Assembly (NCBI RefSeq): GCF_000148385.1
Contig: NC_014537.1
Span: 1,050,001-1,082,000, forward strand
Source of the DNA: Vulcanisaeta distributa DSM 14429
GTDB lineage: Archaea; Thermoproteota; Thermoprotei; Thermoproteales; Thermocladiaceae
Reading direction: 5' to 3'
Length of the DNA stretch: 32,000 nt
The position numbers and the translations under genes are program-made. The notes below the pieces were generated by a model. That model was not told the origin of the DNA. It made no database searches and saw nothing but the letters and a program-made list of their open reading frames with translations. This document shows, piece after piece, positions 8,566-17,239 of this stretch (its first letter is position 1; every line of letters begins with the position of its first letter).

Positions 8566-9489
8566 ATGGCTAGGATACCCGCAACACTGAATTTGGATAG
8601 GATTATCGAAGTAGCCAAGGCACTGGCATCACTTGACTTACGTAGGTCCGATGCCTTTGATTCAAGGTTCTACCCACCAAGGGATGCGGATATCGAGGCC
8701 ACGTACAATTACTTCCTGGCCATGGTGGCGATTGATCATAGGACGAATATTGGGGATCGACAATTCACCAGGCGTGTTGGTGATGAGATTTTCACGGGCT
8801 CTGACCTACTTTGGAGGTTGGGCATGGAGATGTTTAATAAGGATAGTTCCTTCTTCAGCCCAGCTAATTTAAGGAGGCTTGATCCTGCGGTGGTTAGGGA
8901 TTGGCTTGTTGGTGATTACGGACCTGTCTGGGATTATGGGGTCAGGGCTTACCTGCTCAGGGATGTGGGTTCGTATGTGTTTAGGAATTATGGGACAACG
9001 ATTAGGTTCTTTCATGTTTCGGGTGTTGAGGAACTAATTGATAGGCTATCCGGCATGGCGGCTTATGAGGATCCCGTAAGGAAGAAGGCATACCTATTGA
9101 TTAAGTTCTTGGTGCTACGTGGGTTACTGAAGGTTAAGCAGCAGGAAATTAAGCTGCCAATTGATAATCACCTCACGAGGATCGCCTATAGGCTTGGTAT
9201 TGTTAAGCTTGAGGACTGGGTTCTCGAGTTGATGAGGCGTGATGTTCACTTTAGTAGGGAGCTTGACGTCGAGCTTAGGTTGGCAGTCCGTGATGCCTGG
9301 GATGCGGTGATTAGGATTGGTAAGTTAGACCCAATAGCATTGGATGACTTCCTATGGAGGTTCGGAAGGACCATATGCGTTAGGGACAAGCCGCAGTGTG
9401 ATAAATGCCCATTGAAGGGTGTTTGCAGTGCCTATGCAAGGGGTTCGTTTATTAACGAGCATAATCACTACCTAACGTATTATTACTAA
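8566..9489 (+). CDS. EndoIII-type [4Fe-4S]-loop N-glycosylase-like protein (HhH-GPD superfamily relative, atypical)
   Basis: The C-terminal motif C-VRDKPQ-C-DK-C-PLKGV-C has the Cx6Cx2Cx5C spacing of the endonuclease III Fe-S cluster loop. PIDNHLTRIAYRLGIV matches the EndoIII VDTHVxRVxxRLG helix. No canonical GxG helix-hairpin-helix was seen. The tail ...LDDFLW...HNHYLTYYY recalls DUF2419/Qng1. Confidence 0.6.
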   Translation: MARIPATLNLDRIIEVAKALASLDLRRSDAFDSRFYPPRDADIEATYNYFLAMVAIDHRTNIGDRQFTRRVGDEIFTGSDLLWRLGMEMFNKDSSFFSPANLRRLDPAVVRDWLVGDYGPVWDYGVRAYLLRDVGSYVFRNYGTTIRFFHVSGVEELIDRLSGMAAYEDPVRKKAYLLIKFLVLRGLLKVKQQEIKLPIDNHLTRIAYRLGIVKLEDWVLELMRRDVHFSRELDVELRLAVRDAWDAVIRIGKLDPIALDDFLWRFGRTICVRDKPQCDKCPLKGVCSAYARGSFINEHNHYLTYYY

Positions 9490-9497
9490 TTAATGAC

Positions 9498-9509
9498 AAT
9501 ATTTAAATG
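9498..9509 (+). promoter_or_regulatory. TATA-like box (AATATTTAAATG)
   Basis: Centred about 27 nt upstream of ATG 9532. Confidence 0.4.
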
Positions 9510-9531
9510 AGGATAAGTCACCACATAACTA

Positions 9532-10620
9532 ATGATTATCCGCGCGGTGACTCTATTTTACCCGGTGGAGAATGGCAGGGTAAATGCTGATGAACTCAGG
9601 CAGGAATTGGTGAAATTGCGTAATGTTATAGATGGTGTTGGTAAGAGAAGGGGAATTGAAATAAGGACCTGGAGGGTCACACTACCCTTCACAGACCCGT
9701 CCTGGGACTTTGAGGAATTATCAACAATGATAAATAAGGTCGGTGCTGAACTTGGGTACATACATGCATCACTTAACATAGCCATGGGGTCAAGGTTTGA
9801 GTTGGATAGGTTAGTTAATGCCTTCATTAGGTCCGGGAGCTACCTGAGCATTTGGGTTGGTAATTTTAAGGAGCTAGATGAATATAATACTGAGTTATTC
9901 ACGAACGTGCTTAAGAGACTCACGGAACTTAATCAATGGGTATTATCAAGAAGGATCGCAGCATTGATTGGTGATGCAATACTCACGCCCTACTACCCTG
10001 ACTCAATAAACCTTAACAACTACCATGGAGTGGCCCTATCGATACTCTACCCAAGTGAGTTAGGTAATGAGCGTGATCTACGTAATGACTTGACCAGGGT
10101 GTTCAGGATCGCTGAGGATGTTGGTAAGGAGATAGCCAATGAATTAGGTGTTGATTACCTGGGCATTGATTCATCACTATCACCCTGGGGTGAGGAGTCC
10201 GTTGTTGACGCGATTGAGAGGATTTACGGAGTTAGGTTCGGCGAACCCGGTACGCTGGGTGCCATTTATAAATTGAATAAGGCCATTTGGGAGGTATCCG
10301 GGCAATTTAGGGTGACGGGGTTTAACGAGGTGATGCTACCGCTGGCTGAGGATGAGAGGTTGAAGGTTAGGGTTAGGGAGGGCTTAATCACATTCTCTAA
10401 GCTCGTTAAATACGTGATGGCGTGTGTCGCGGGTGTGGATATGGTGCCAATACCAAGCAATCAAATACCGCTAATCAAGGAATTAATCAATGACCTACAT
10501 ACAATAGTCAGCATTAAGCGTAGATCAATCGGGCTTAGGTTAATTCCATACCCAGGCAGTGAGGCTGAGGTTGATCTTGGGGACTTCGGCAAGACACCGG
10601 TGCTGGACATGGTGAGGTGA
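9532..10620 (+). CDS. UPF0210/DUF711 family protein
   Basis: The N-terminal MIIRAVTLF matches the family's IRTITxG start. EVMLPLAEDERL...CVAGVDMVPIPSN...IGLRLIPYPG...FGKTPVLDM aligns by eye with the conserved C-terminal block of bacterial UPF0210 proteins (IPVSEDEGM...SVGLDMIAIPEDT...AVRIIP...GTAPVM). Confidence 0.7.
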   Translation: MIIRAVTLFYPVENGRVNADELRQELVKLRNVIDGVGKRRGIEIRTWRVTLPFTDPSWDFEELSTMINKVGAELGYIHASLNIAMGSRFELDRLVNAFIRSGSYLSIWVGNFKELDEYNTELFTNVLKRLTELNQWVLSRRIAALIGDAILTPYYPDSINLNNYHGVALSILYPSELGNERDLRNDLTRVFRIAEDVGKEIANELGVDYLGIDSSLSPWGEESVVDAIERIYGVRFGEPGTLGAIYKLNKAIWEVSGQFRVTGFNEVMLPLAEDERLKVRVREGLITFSKLVKYVMACVAGVDMVPIPSNQIPLIKELINDLHTIVSIKRRSIGLRLIPYPGSEAEVDLGDFGKTPVLDMVR

Positions 10621-10624
10621 CCCA

Positions 10625-11344
10625 ATGCCAATACACCTAAGGGTTAACCCTGGGGACATAGCGAAGAGGGTCATAATAGTCGGCGATCCTGAGAGGGCTA
10701 AGCAATTAAGTGAGTTGCTCGTTGATGCGAGGCTCGTTAATGATAATAGGGGTTTAATAACGTACACAGGTAAGTACAATAACGTTGACATTACCGTGGC
10801 AACCCACGGGATTGGGGCACCCTCAGCCGCCATCGTAATTGAGGAGTTGATAAGCATGGGCGCCAGGTTCATAATTAGGCTTGGGACCACGGGAGCCCTG
10901 AGGAGGGAGATAGGGCTTGGCGATGTGATTGTGCCCACGGGATCCGCATATAACTACGGGGGCATATACACGCAGTACCTAGGTGGCTTCGTGGTTTACC
11001 CAGCAGTGCCGGATTACCACTTAATGAGCGAGTTAATAAGAAGCCTCGAAACCGCTGGGTTGAAGCCCTGGGTTGGCCCGGTTTATAGCAGTGACGCTTT
11101 TTACGCGGAGGAGGACCTAGTCAATGTACTTGGTTCGAGGGGCTTCCTGGGCGTTGAAATGGAGACCGCAATACTATTCCTACTGGGCCTTATAAGGAAC
11201 GTGAAGGCGGCGGCCGTGCTTATAGTTAGTAATAACCTGACCGAGGGCAGGGCTGGAAGGTTCTTAACAGCCAGTGAGTTGAGGGATGTTGTGTTGAAGG
11301 TTGGTAAGGCTGTATTAAATGCCCTGGCATTGGTGGGTAAGTGA
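10625..11344 (+). CDS. hexameric PNP/MTAP-type nucleoside phosphorylase (SsMTAP/DeoD-like)
   Basis: IIVGDPERA, NRGLITYTGKYNNVDITVATHGIGAPSAAIVIEEL, RLGTTGAL, SSDAFYAEE and VEMETA match the Sulfolobus 5'-methylthioadenosine phosphorylase I / DeoD family closely along their length, as I recall those sequences. The gene starts 4 nt after the DUF711 stop. Confidence 0.85.
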   Translation: MPIHLRVNPGDIAKRVIIVGDPERAKQLSELLVDARLVNDNRGLITYTGKYNNVDITVATHGIGAPSAAIVIEELISMGARFIIRLGTTGALRREIGLGDVIVPTGSAYNYGGIYTQYLGGFVVYPAVPDYHLMSELIRSLETAGLKPWVGPVYSSDAFYAEEDLVNVLGSRGFLGVEMETAILFLLGLIRNVKAAAVLIVSNNLTEGRAGRFLTASELRDVVLKVGKAVLNALALVGK

Positions 11345-11401
11345 AGGGATACGCAATTATCCTGAAATATTTTATTATTAAATACCTTCTTTAAACCATA
11401 A

Positions 11402-13192
11402 TCATGGTCCACAGCTTTGGAGTTCGGCATATATCGTTATTGTCGTAGTTGATGAGCCATACCCTATCGAGCCTTGTGGTGTGGTATAGCCATTATAACT
11501 AAACTTAATGTAATACGTATTGTAGGGTACACCGTAGTTGAATATGGTCCAGGGTATACTAACGACAGCAGGTTGGTGAGGTGGTGAGCCATCAATGCTT
11601 GTCGGTATTGTAAATGTGCCACTCCAAACAACTGAACCCTGGGAGTTATAGACCGTGGCGGTCACCGTGCCGCCGGGCACTAACAATGGTGAATTGCCTA
11701 TCGAAACATAGACCGTCCAGTTATAGGAATTAATTGGTATGCATGGATTAAAAATGACGCCAGGACCATCAACATAAATGGACGTACCACTTGAGTAACT
11801 ACCCAGCCCAGTAACGTTAAAGCCGAGAATGAACGGATAATAGAAATAATTTCCCGAAGAACTACTATACTTAACTGGGAGAGCAGCAACAAATAAGTCA
11901 CCACTACCATAGCTAGATAATAAGTTATTGAATTGATTAATGAGTATTTCTACTATACTAACCTTTATTGTAGTTACTTGTACACCAGCTGCAAGATTAG
12001 CCAATATGAAGCCAGGGATGCTGAGGGATTTACCCAGTGTCTGTGCTATGTATGCTATTATTAAACCCACTGGTATTGTACCGCTGAAGCCGAAGGGTGG
12101 GCTATATGCCTGGACATTGCTAAACCAATAATTATATGTCTTACCACCGCCTACGTATATTTCATCAAACGGCACATACTGAGGACTGTAGCCAGTATAC
12201 GCCTTATACAGATTCAAGAATCCGTTTAAGTAGGTAATATCAGAGGACGTACCTATACCACTCAATATTGAGGCTACGAAGGCTTCATATGCGTATTGAT
12301 TAGTTGGACCCGTTATACAGTATAATTGCAGTGTGGCGACCCCTATTGTACCGTTTTGATACAGAAAACCAGCGCTGGGCTGGCTTAATCCAAAACCTAG
12401 TGCATTCCAATTTGAGGAACTTGTGTACGTTGAATATCCAATGAACTTGTAGGTAACCGATGTCGAGCCTCCCTGGGCTAATCCCATAGATGCGTAGAAG
12501 TACACGGTTGCGGTTGTTGTCTGTGTAGAATACGCGCCAAGTGCGCCTCCTAGGTAGTTTGGTACATTGTCGTAGACCCAGGCTATTGGTATCTTTATGA
12601 TGGGTGTTTGCCAGGATTTAGATGTTATATTGACCCACCAGCACCCGGGTGGCGCTGGTGGTGTTGGTACCTGCGGTTTAGTTAATGCCTTTGCTAATTG
12701 ATAGGTATTGGTGAGGTTCAGGCTTACTGTCATGTAGTTTAGCCTAGCCATGCTAAGCATTGGGTTATTTATCGTGCTTAATAACGTACCTGGTTCATAC
12801 GCTGTGAACATCATGTCGTAGTAAACCGTTGAACCACTCACGTAGGTAGCCACGACCTCAATACCAACCCCTTCACTGCCGTAACCCTTGGCAACCCACT
12901 CACTCGCTATTTTACTAAGTACGGTTATGGGCACTCTAACCACCCCATTGGATGCCGTGCCGCTCCACACCTCGATCAGCGATTCATTATGGCCTGGCGG
13001 TAATACGGCGAAGACCTGGACGTAGGCATTCACGGGCTTTTTACCAACAACATTAACTACAATACTTGGAGTTAAGTAACCTAGGGAATAGGCAGTTATC
13101 GCCAGAGCCACCACTATTATTAAAAGTGATATTGAAACCCACACCTTGAACGAGCTATGCATAATCACCACCACTCTTAATACCTTTGGCAT
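11402..13192 (-). CDS. large surface protein, N-terminal signal anchor, Tyr/Ser/Thr/Gly-rich (596 aa)
   Basis: Has an N-terminal hydrophobic anchor (VWVSISLLIIVVALAITAY), a Pro-rich linker (PQVPTPPAPPG), many NxS/T sequons and a Cys close to the C-terminus (LQSCGP). It is a paralog of 20615..22398. Confidence 0.7.
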   Translation of the reverse strand: MPKVLRVVVIMHSSFKVWVSISLLIIVVALAITAYSLGYLTPSIVVNVVGKKPVNAYVQVFAVLPPGHNESLIEVWSGTASNGVVRVPITVLSKIASEWVAKGYGSEGVGIEVVATYVSGSTVYYDMMFTAYEPGTLLSTINNPMLSMARLNYMTVSLNLTNTYQLAKALTKPQVPTPPAPPGCWWVNITSKSWQTPIIKIPIAWVYDNVPNYLGGALGAYSTQTTTATVYFYASMGLAQGGSTSVTYKFIGYSTYTSSSNWNALGFGLSQPSAGFLYQNGTIGVATLQLYCITGPTNQYAYEAFVASILSGIGTSSDITYLNGFLNLYKAYTGYSPQYVPFDEIYVGGGKTYNYWFSNVQAYSPPFGFSGTIPVGLIIAYIAQTLGKSLSIPGFILANLAAGVQVTTIKVSIVEILINQFNNLLSSYGSGDLFVAALPVKYSSSSGNYFYYPFILGFNVTGLGSYSSGTSIYVDGPGVIFNPCIPINSYNWTVYVSIGNSPLLVPGGTVTATVYNSQGSVVWSGTFTIPTSIDGSPPHQPAVVSIPWTIFNYGVPYNTYYIKFSYNGYTTPQGSIGYGSSTTTITIYAELQSCGP

Positions 13193-13249
13193 TTTTTACT
13201 TAACTGTTCACTTAAAATTCTCCCTGCAATTAATAATGCACTACTATTG

Positions 13250-14110
13250 TTAACCACGAGTAAGTAATGTGCTATAGTACCGGGCGAGCCTCGGCTTAAG
13301 GTCCAGGAACTCCTTAATCATCTTAACCTCAAAGTTAATCCTCCTTTCAGGGTCCCTATCTAGGATTAGGACACCCCTGCTCACAGCCTCGTATGTCAGT
13401 AATAACGGTGCCTTATTAAGGTGAACGAGGTCGACCTTAAGCCCAAGCACATCCTCTAAGGTAATCATAACGCTCACGAACTCCTTCCAGCTCAACTCCC
13501 TATTCGTGAATATGGCAATATCGATATCACTTCCTGGGTGTGCCCTACCAATTGCTCTTGATCCAAATACATATGCGAATACCACGAAGTCCAACCTCTC
13601 CAATACCTGCCTTGCCTTATTAATTAAATTCGTCAATTCCCCACTACTATTAATGGACTGACTATCTGCAGGATCTATCGACTTATCCCTAATAAAATTA
13701 CTAATCTCGTTAATTACCCTATCTAATTCATCAACCTCATTTAAAGCCTCAATCAGTCTCTCGGGATCTATCACAGCATAACCATGGACAAGCACATTCC
13801 TAAAGCCAATCCACAATTCAAACAGCCTACCAGTTTCATCACTAAGGATGTTAGCGTTCATCAATATTCTTGCAATATCCCTATATCTCTCGGGTTTATT
13901 AAGATTAAGAATTGAGCACAGCCTCATACCAGCATTAATGAGGGACTCAACGGCCAGGTGCAGGTAACGCTCAACAGCGCCCTTAAGCATTAAATCCCCT
14001 CTTAAATCATTGACAGCTCTCACTCTGTCCCTGATCGACCTCAGAATATTCACATAACTCCTAGCCATTGCTAATCTATCATTAATTATCACACTACCAC
14101 GCCAAATCAT
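13250..14110 (-). CDS. fused HEPN (DUF86) - minimal nucleotidyltransferase (MNT) protein
   Basis: The N-terminal half carries GFRNVLVHGYAVID (the HEPN R-x4-H motif). The C-terminal half carries AYVFGSRAIGRAHPGSDIDIAIF (GS...DxD NTase motif) and VDLVHLNKAP. A Ser/Asp-rich linker joins the two halves. Confidence 0.8.
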   Translation of the reverse strand: MIWRGSVIINDRLAMARSYVNILRSIRDRVRAVNDLRGDLMLKGAVERYLHLAVESLINAGMRLCSILNLNKPERYRDIARILMNANILSDETGRLFELWIGFRNVLVHGYAVIDPERLIEALNEVDELDRVINEISNFIRDKSIDPADSQSINSSGELTNLINKARQVLERLDFVVFAYVFGSRAIGRAHPGSDIDIAIFTNRELSWKEFVSVMITLEDVLGLKVDLVHLNKAPLLLTYEAVSRGVLILDRDPERRINFEVKMIKEFLDLKPRLARYYSTLLTRG

Positions 14111-14263
14111 ACATCCTTACCCAATCTAAAAAACCTTGCACATCTCAACTGCAAGAACTTAATGAGGATCCATCAGCGCGCAGGTCTTGGGTTCCTCACC
14201 CATCAGATCCGTCCCCGCTTCACATCACCCATTTGATAAGGCTATGCCCATTAATAACTCTTT

Positions 14264-14860
14264 TTAGGGTGTCAACGCCTTAACGGCCTTCTTAGCCATG
14301 TATCTTCTCGACCAAAGGAGGGTTACGTAGGCCAGGGCAAACCAAACGGCGAAGGCCACGGGTATAGTGTAGAAGGTTAGTAACGCGTAATAAACCTCAG
14401 ACACGCCGGTCCCAAACCATTGCCAAGCTAACTCATTCTGTGGAGATGCGGGTGGCACAATCACCCCGCCAGGTTCATGACCAGTGGCTGCGGCGTATAG
14501 GTTAGTATAGGCTGCCCATATATTAACGTAAATAGATTGTAGAGTGGCTACGAGCATTATTAGAAACATGGGTAACATATAGACCACCGCACTTATGTAG
14601 TTATTAATACCCACGTCACGGAACAGGTACGGTATTAACACTAAATCCAGCGCGAAGGATGCGATGACATACAGGATAAATGATACAACTTCCCACGTAG
14701 GAGGAGGTATAACTGTTTCTTTAAACGCATCAAGTAAGGACTTAGGCTCTGGAAACATTGATGAAAATACTCCATACATGGCACTTGGTATACTGAAAAA
14801 TAAGATTATAACTGAGGCATAGATATACTTAAGGATCAACCTTTTCCTCTTCACATCCAT
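14264..14860 (-). CDS. hypothetical integral membrane protein (198 aa)
   Basis: Has several long hydrophobic segments and a TATA-like CTTTAAAAATAG upstream on the minus strand. No family was recognised. Confidence 0.6.
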   Translation of the reverse strand: MDVKRKRLILKYIYASVIILFFSIPSAMYGVFSSMFPEPKSLLDAFKETVIPPPTWEVVSFILYVIASFALDLVLIPYLFRDVGINNYISAVVYMLPMFLIMLVATLQSIYVNIWAAYTNLYAAATGHEPGGVIVPPASPQNELAWQWFGTGVSEVYYALLTFYTIPVAFAVWFALAYVTLLWSRRYMAKKAVKALTP

Positions 14861-14930
14861 AGGGCAGCACCTATAGAATTATCAAGCAATGGACTATTTT
14901 TAAAGTTTGATAATGAGACTAACATGGAGA

Positions 14931-15617
14931 TCAACCTGTTATTGTTATTGATGAACAACCTGGAGATCCGCCGTTTATACCCATAGTAGCATAAGCATAG
15001 GCACAGCCTTCATATGTATATGGCATGTTTGGCGTCCAGTATCCATTAATTGACGCGGTAAAATAGCCAAGTGTAGGTCCATTAGGTGCGTAGCTTACTG
15101 GACCAACACCCCAATACCATGCGTAAGCGCCATTATACACTATGTAATTTAGGGTCACAGAATAAGTTTCGTAACCACTCCCTTCAGGATAATTAACCGT
15201 GCCGTACGGCGCTGGGTTAGCTGGAGGCCCAAATGGATCATATATGTAAACTTTAAAGTAGTAGTTAGACGGAGATATGCTTGACCATGACGCCATAGTA
15301 TAGCCGCACCATCCATCAAAGGCTACGGTGCTACCTGCCGGAGCCGTTGATGAGGACCACTTCCAACCGCAGCTATAATAAATCGTTACCTGCGGTTTGT
15401 TTCCTCCTGGTTGCATTGCGAGTACCATTGTTATTGTTGGTGGGTTTATTAATTGATATATGTGCATGCCCATGAACCATGCCGTGATTATTAGTAAGAC
15501 GATTGCGCCATAGGTGTAGAGCCTATCCTTTAACTGGGCCGGGTTTATCCTGGGCCAGTCTATGTCCGCCATACTAAGTATGGCGCGTGACTGGACTTTT
15601 TTAACTCGGGTGCTCAC
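14931..15617 (-). CDS. membrane-anchored surface protein, Tyr/Gly/Trp/Pro-rich (228 aa)
   Basis: Has an N-terminal anchor (YGAIVLLIITAWFMGM), an aromatic-rich beta-type composition and a Cys near the C-terminus (SPGCSSITITG). It uses a GTG start, and a TATA-like TTGATATAACTA lies about 26 nt upstream on the minus strand. Confidence 0.6.
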   Translation of the reverse strand: MSTRVKKVQSRAILSMADIDWPRINPAQLKDRLYTYGAIVLLIITAWFMGMHIYQLINPPTITMVLAMQPGGNKPQVTIYYSCGWKWSSSTAPAGSTVAFDGWCGYTMASWSSISPSNYYFKVYIYDPFGPPANPAPYGTVNYPEGSGYETYSVTLNYIVYNGAYAWYWGVGPVSYAPNGPTLGYFTASINGYWTPNMPYTYEGCAYAYATMGINGGSPGCSSITITG

Positions 15618-15668
15618 TTAAAATGCTTCGTTAGTTATATCAATTGCTTTACGTTGATTGTTCATGGG

Positions 15669-15682
15669 CTTATTTTTAAATG
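15669..15682 (+). promoter_or_regulatory. TATA-like box (CTTATTTTTAAATG)
   Basis: Centred about 26 nt upstream of GTG 15702. Confidence 0.4.
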
Positions 15683-15701
15683 GCTTCTTCCTGACTAGTT
15701 C

Positions 15702-16430
15702 GTGAGTTTAATGGGTAGTGTTGACGTGCTTAGTCTGCTAGTTAGTGCTAATCCCGTGGAGTTGGAGAGGGATTTTGATTCCAGGGTAATCACCAGCATC
15801 GTTAAGCCGCCGATAGTTGTTAGGCTTGATGGGGCTGGCTTTGGTAAGGCCCTTAGGGACTTCACCTGGCCTAGGGATGAGAGGGTTCATAGGGCGTTGC
15901 TCAGGGCAGCTATGGAGTTGATGAGGACCTTCTCGGGTGAGTACGCGCTTGTGATTAGTGATGAGATTAACGTATTCCTCCTTAGTTACATGCCATTTAA
16001 TGGCCGTGAGTACAAGTTGGTAAGCTCAATGGCTGGGTTGGCGTCAGCTATCGTGAGTAATGCCCTTAATAGGGTCCTTTACTTCGACGCTAGGGTTATT
16101 CCGCTTAATGATTCCTGCCATGACGTTGCCAGGTACATGCTTTATAGGGTTAGGGTTGGCTTCAATAATTACCACGTGGAAATAGCCCAAAGAAGTAGGG
16201 CGGTCCCACCGGAGAGTACTCCGCACATAGTTGATGTAATTAAGGCTCTGGGCGGTCCAAGGCTCACCTGGGAGTCCCTGGGCACATGCCTAGTCAGGGC
16301 AAGGGTTGAGCTTGAGGGCGTTGATAAGAGGAGTGGTGAAAGGGTTAGGTATGTTAGGAGGAGGATCATTGAGAGGAATCCAATAGATGTAATTAACGAA
16401 CTTAATAGGTGCGGTTCTAATGTTCAATAA
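15702..16430 (+). CDS. tRNA(His) guanylyltransferase Thg1-like protein (TLP)
   Basis: VVRLDGAGFGKALRDF (the RxDGxxF motif) and LVISDEINVFL (the SDE acidic motif) are characteristic of the Thg1 family. The size matches archaeal TLPs. Confidence 0.65.
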   Translation: MSLMGSVDVLSLLVSANPVELERDFDSRVITSIVKPPIVVRLDGAGFGKALRDFTWPRDERVHRALLRAAMELMRTFSGEYALVISDEINVFLLSYMPFNGREYKLVSSMAGLASAIVSNALNRVLYFDARVIPLNDSCHDVARYMLYRVRVGFNNYHVEIAQRSRAVPPESTPHIVDVIKALGGPRLTWESLGTCLVRARVELEGVDKRSGERVRYVRRRIIERNPIDVINELNRCGSNVQ

Positions 16431-16440
16431 GTTTGTTAAT

Positions 16441-16452
16441 GATATTTAATAA
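16441..16452 (+). promoter_or_regulatory. TATA-like box (GATATTTAATAA)
   Basis: Centred about 27 nt upstream of ATG 16477. Confidence 0.4.
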
Positions 16453-16476
16453 CTAGGTGATTATGGGATTAAACGT

Positions 16477-17115
16477 ATGGTTAGTACTCATGAGATACTC
16501 AGGAACTTAGTGAGCGATCTATGGAATAAGTACACTAGGCATGAGTTCGTTGAGAGGCTCAGGGATGGCTCATTACCGATGGACGTATTCAGGTATTACT
16601 TAATCCAGGACACGAAGTACGTGAAGGAGATGCAGAAGGCCGTGATTAAGGCGGCGAGTAAGGCACCACTTAATGAGGCCATTGACGTATTAACGGCCGT
16701 GTTCAGCAATGTCGAGAGGGGTGCGGAGGTTCATGAGAGGTTATTTCGTGATTTATCGATAACGGAGGATGAGGTTAATAATACGGGGTTTAACCTAGTC
16801 AACTACGCATACACCAGGCACCTGTATTACTATGCATCGTTGGGTTGGCCTCAGTTCCTTGCCGCCTGGGCACCATGCATGTGGGGTTACCACGAGATTG
16901 GTAGGTACGTAGTTGGTACGAGGAATGAATTATTTAATGTGTGGGCTGGATTCTACGCGTCAAATGAATACTGGTCTAGGGTTGAGGCCATATTAAGGGC
17001 GCTGGATAAGTATGAGGTAACGCCGGACATGGAGAGGGCGTTTAGGGATAGTGTTAATTTCGAGATAATGTTTTGGGAAGCATCGCTTAGAAGGGACCCA
17101 ACAGTACTTTACTGA
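16477..17115 (+). CDS. tenA: TenA family aminopyrimidine aminohydrolase (thiaminase II)
   Basis: HEFVERLRDGSLPMDVFRYYLIQDTKYV is the typical TenA N-terminal signature, and C(M)WGY follows later. The protein is about 210 aa. Confidence 0.7.
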   Translation: MVSTHEILRNLVSDLWNKYTRHEFVERLRDGSLPMDVFRYYLIQDTKYVKEMQKAVIKAASKAPLNEAIDVLTAVFSNVERGAEVHERLFRDLSITEDEVNNTGFNLVNYAYTRHLYYYASLGWPQFLAAWAPCMWGYHEIGRYVVGTRNELFNVWAGFYASNEYWSRVEAILRALDKYEVTPDMERAFRDSVNFEIMFWEASLRRDPTVLY

Positions 17116-17239
17116 AGCAATTGCGAAATACCGTGATAATTAATTATACTTTAGGCGTAAATCCTTGATTTATGATTCATTTATCGCATAGCACTTACTC
17201 ATTAAAGGAAGGCTTAAATAATGCCAAAGGGTCATATTG

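Noticed and set aside
8633-12131. Track ORFs 8633..8872(+), 9558..9827(-), 10266..10460(-), 10540..10938(-), 11101..11430(-), 11698..11910(-), 11940..12131(+)
   Set aside because: These are alternative-frame or antisense ORFs within the glycosylase-like, DUF711, phosphorylase and 596-aa genes, and their sequence is not protein-like.
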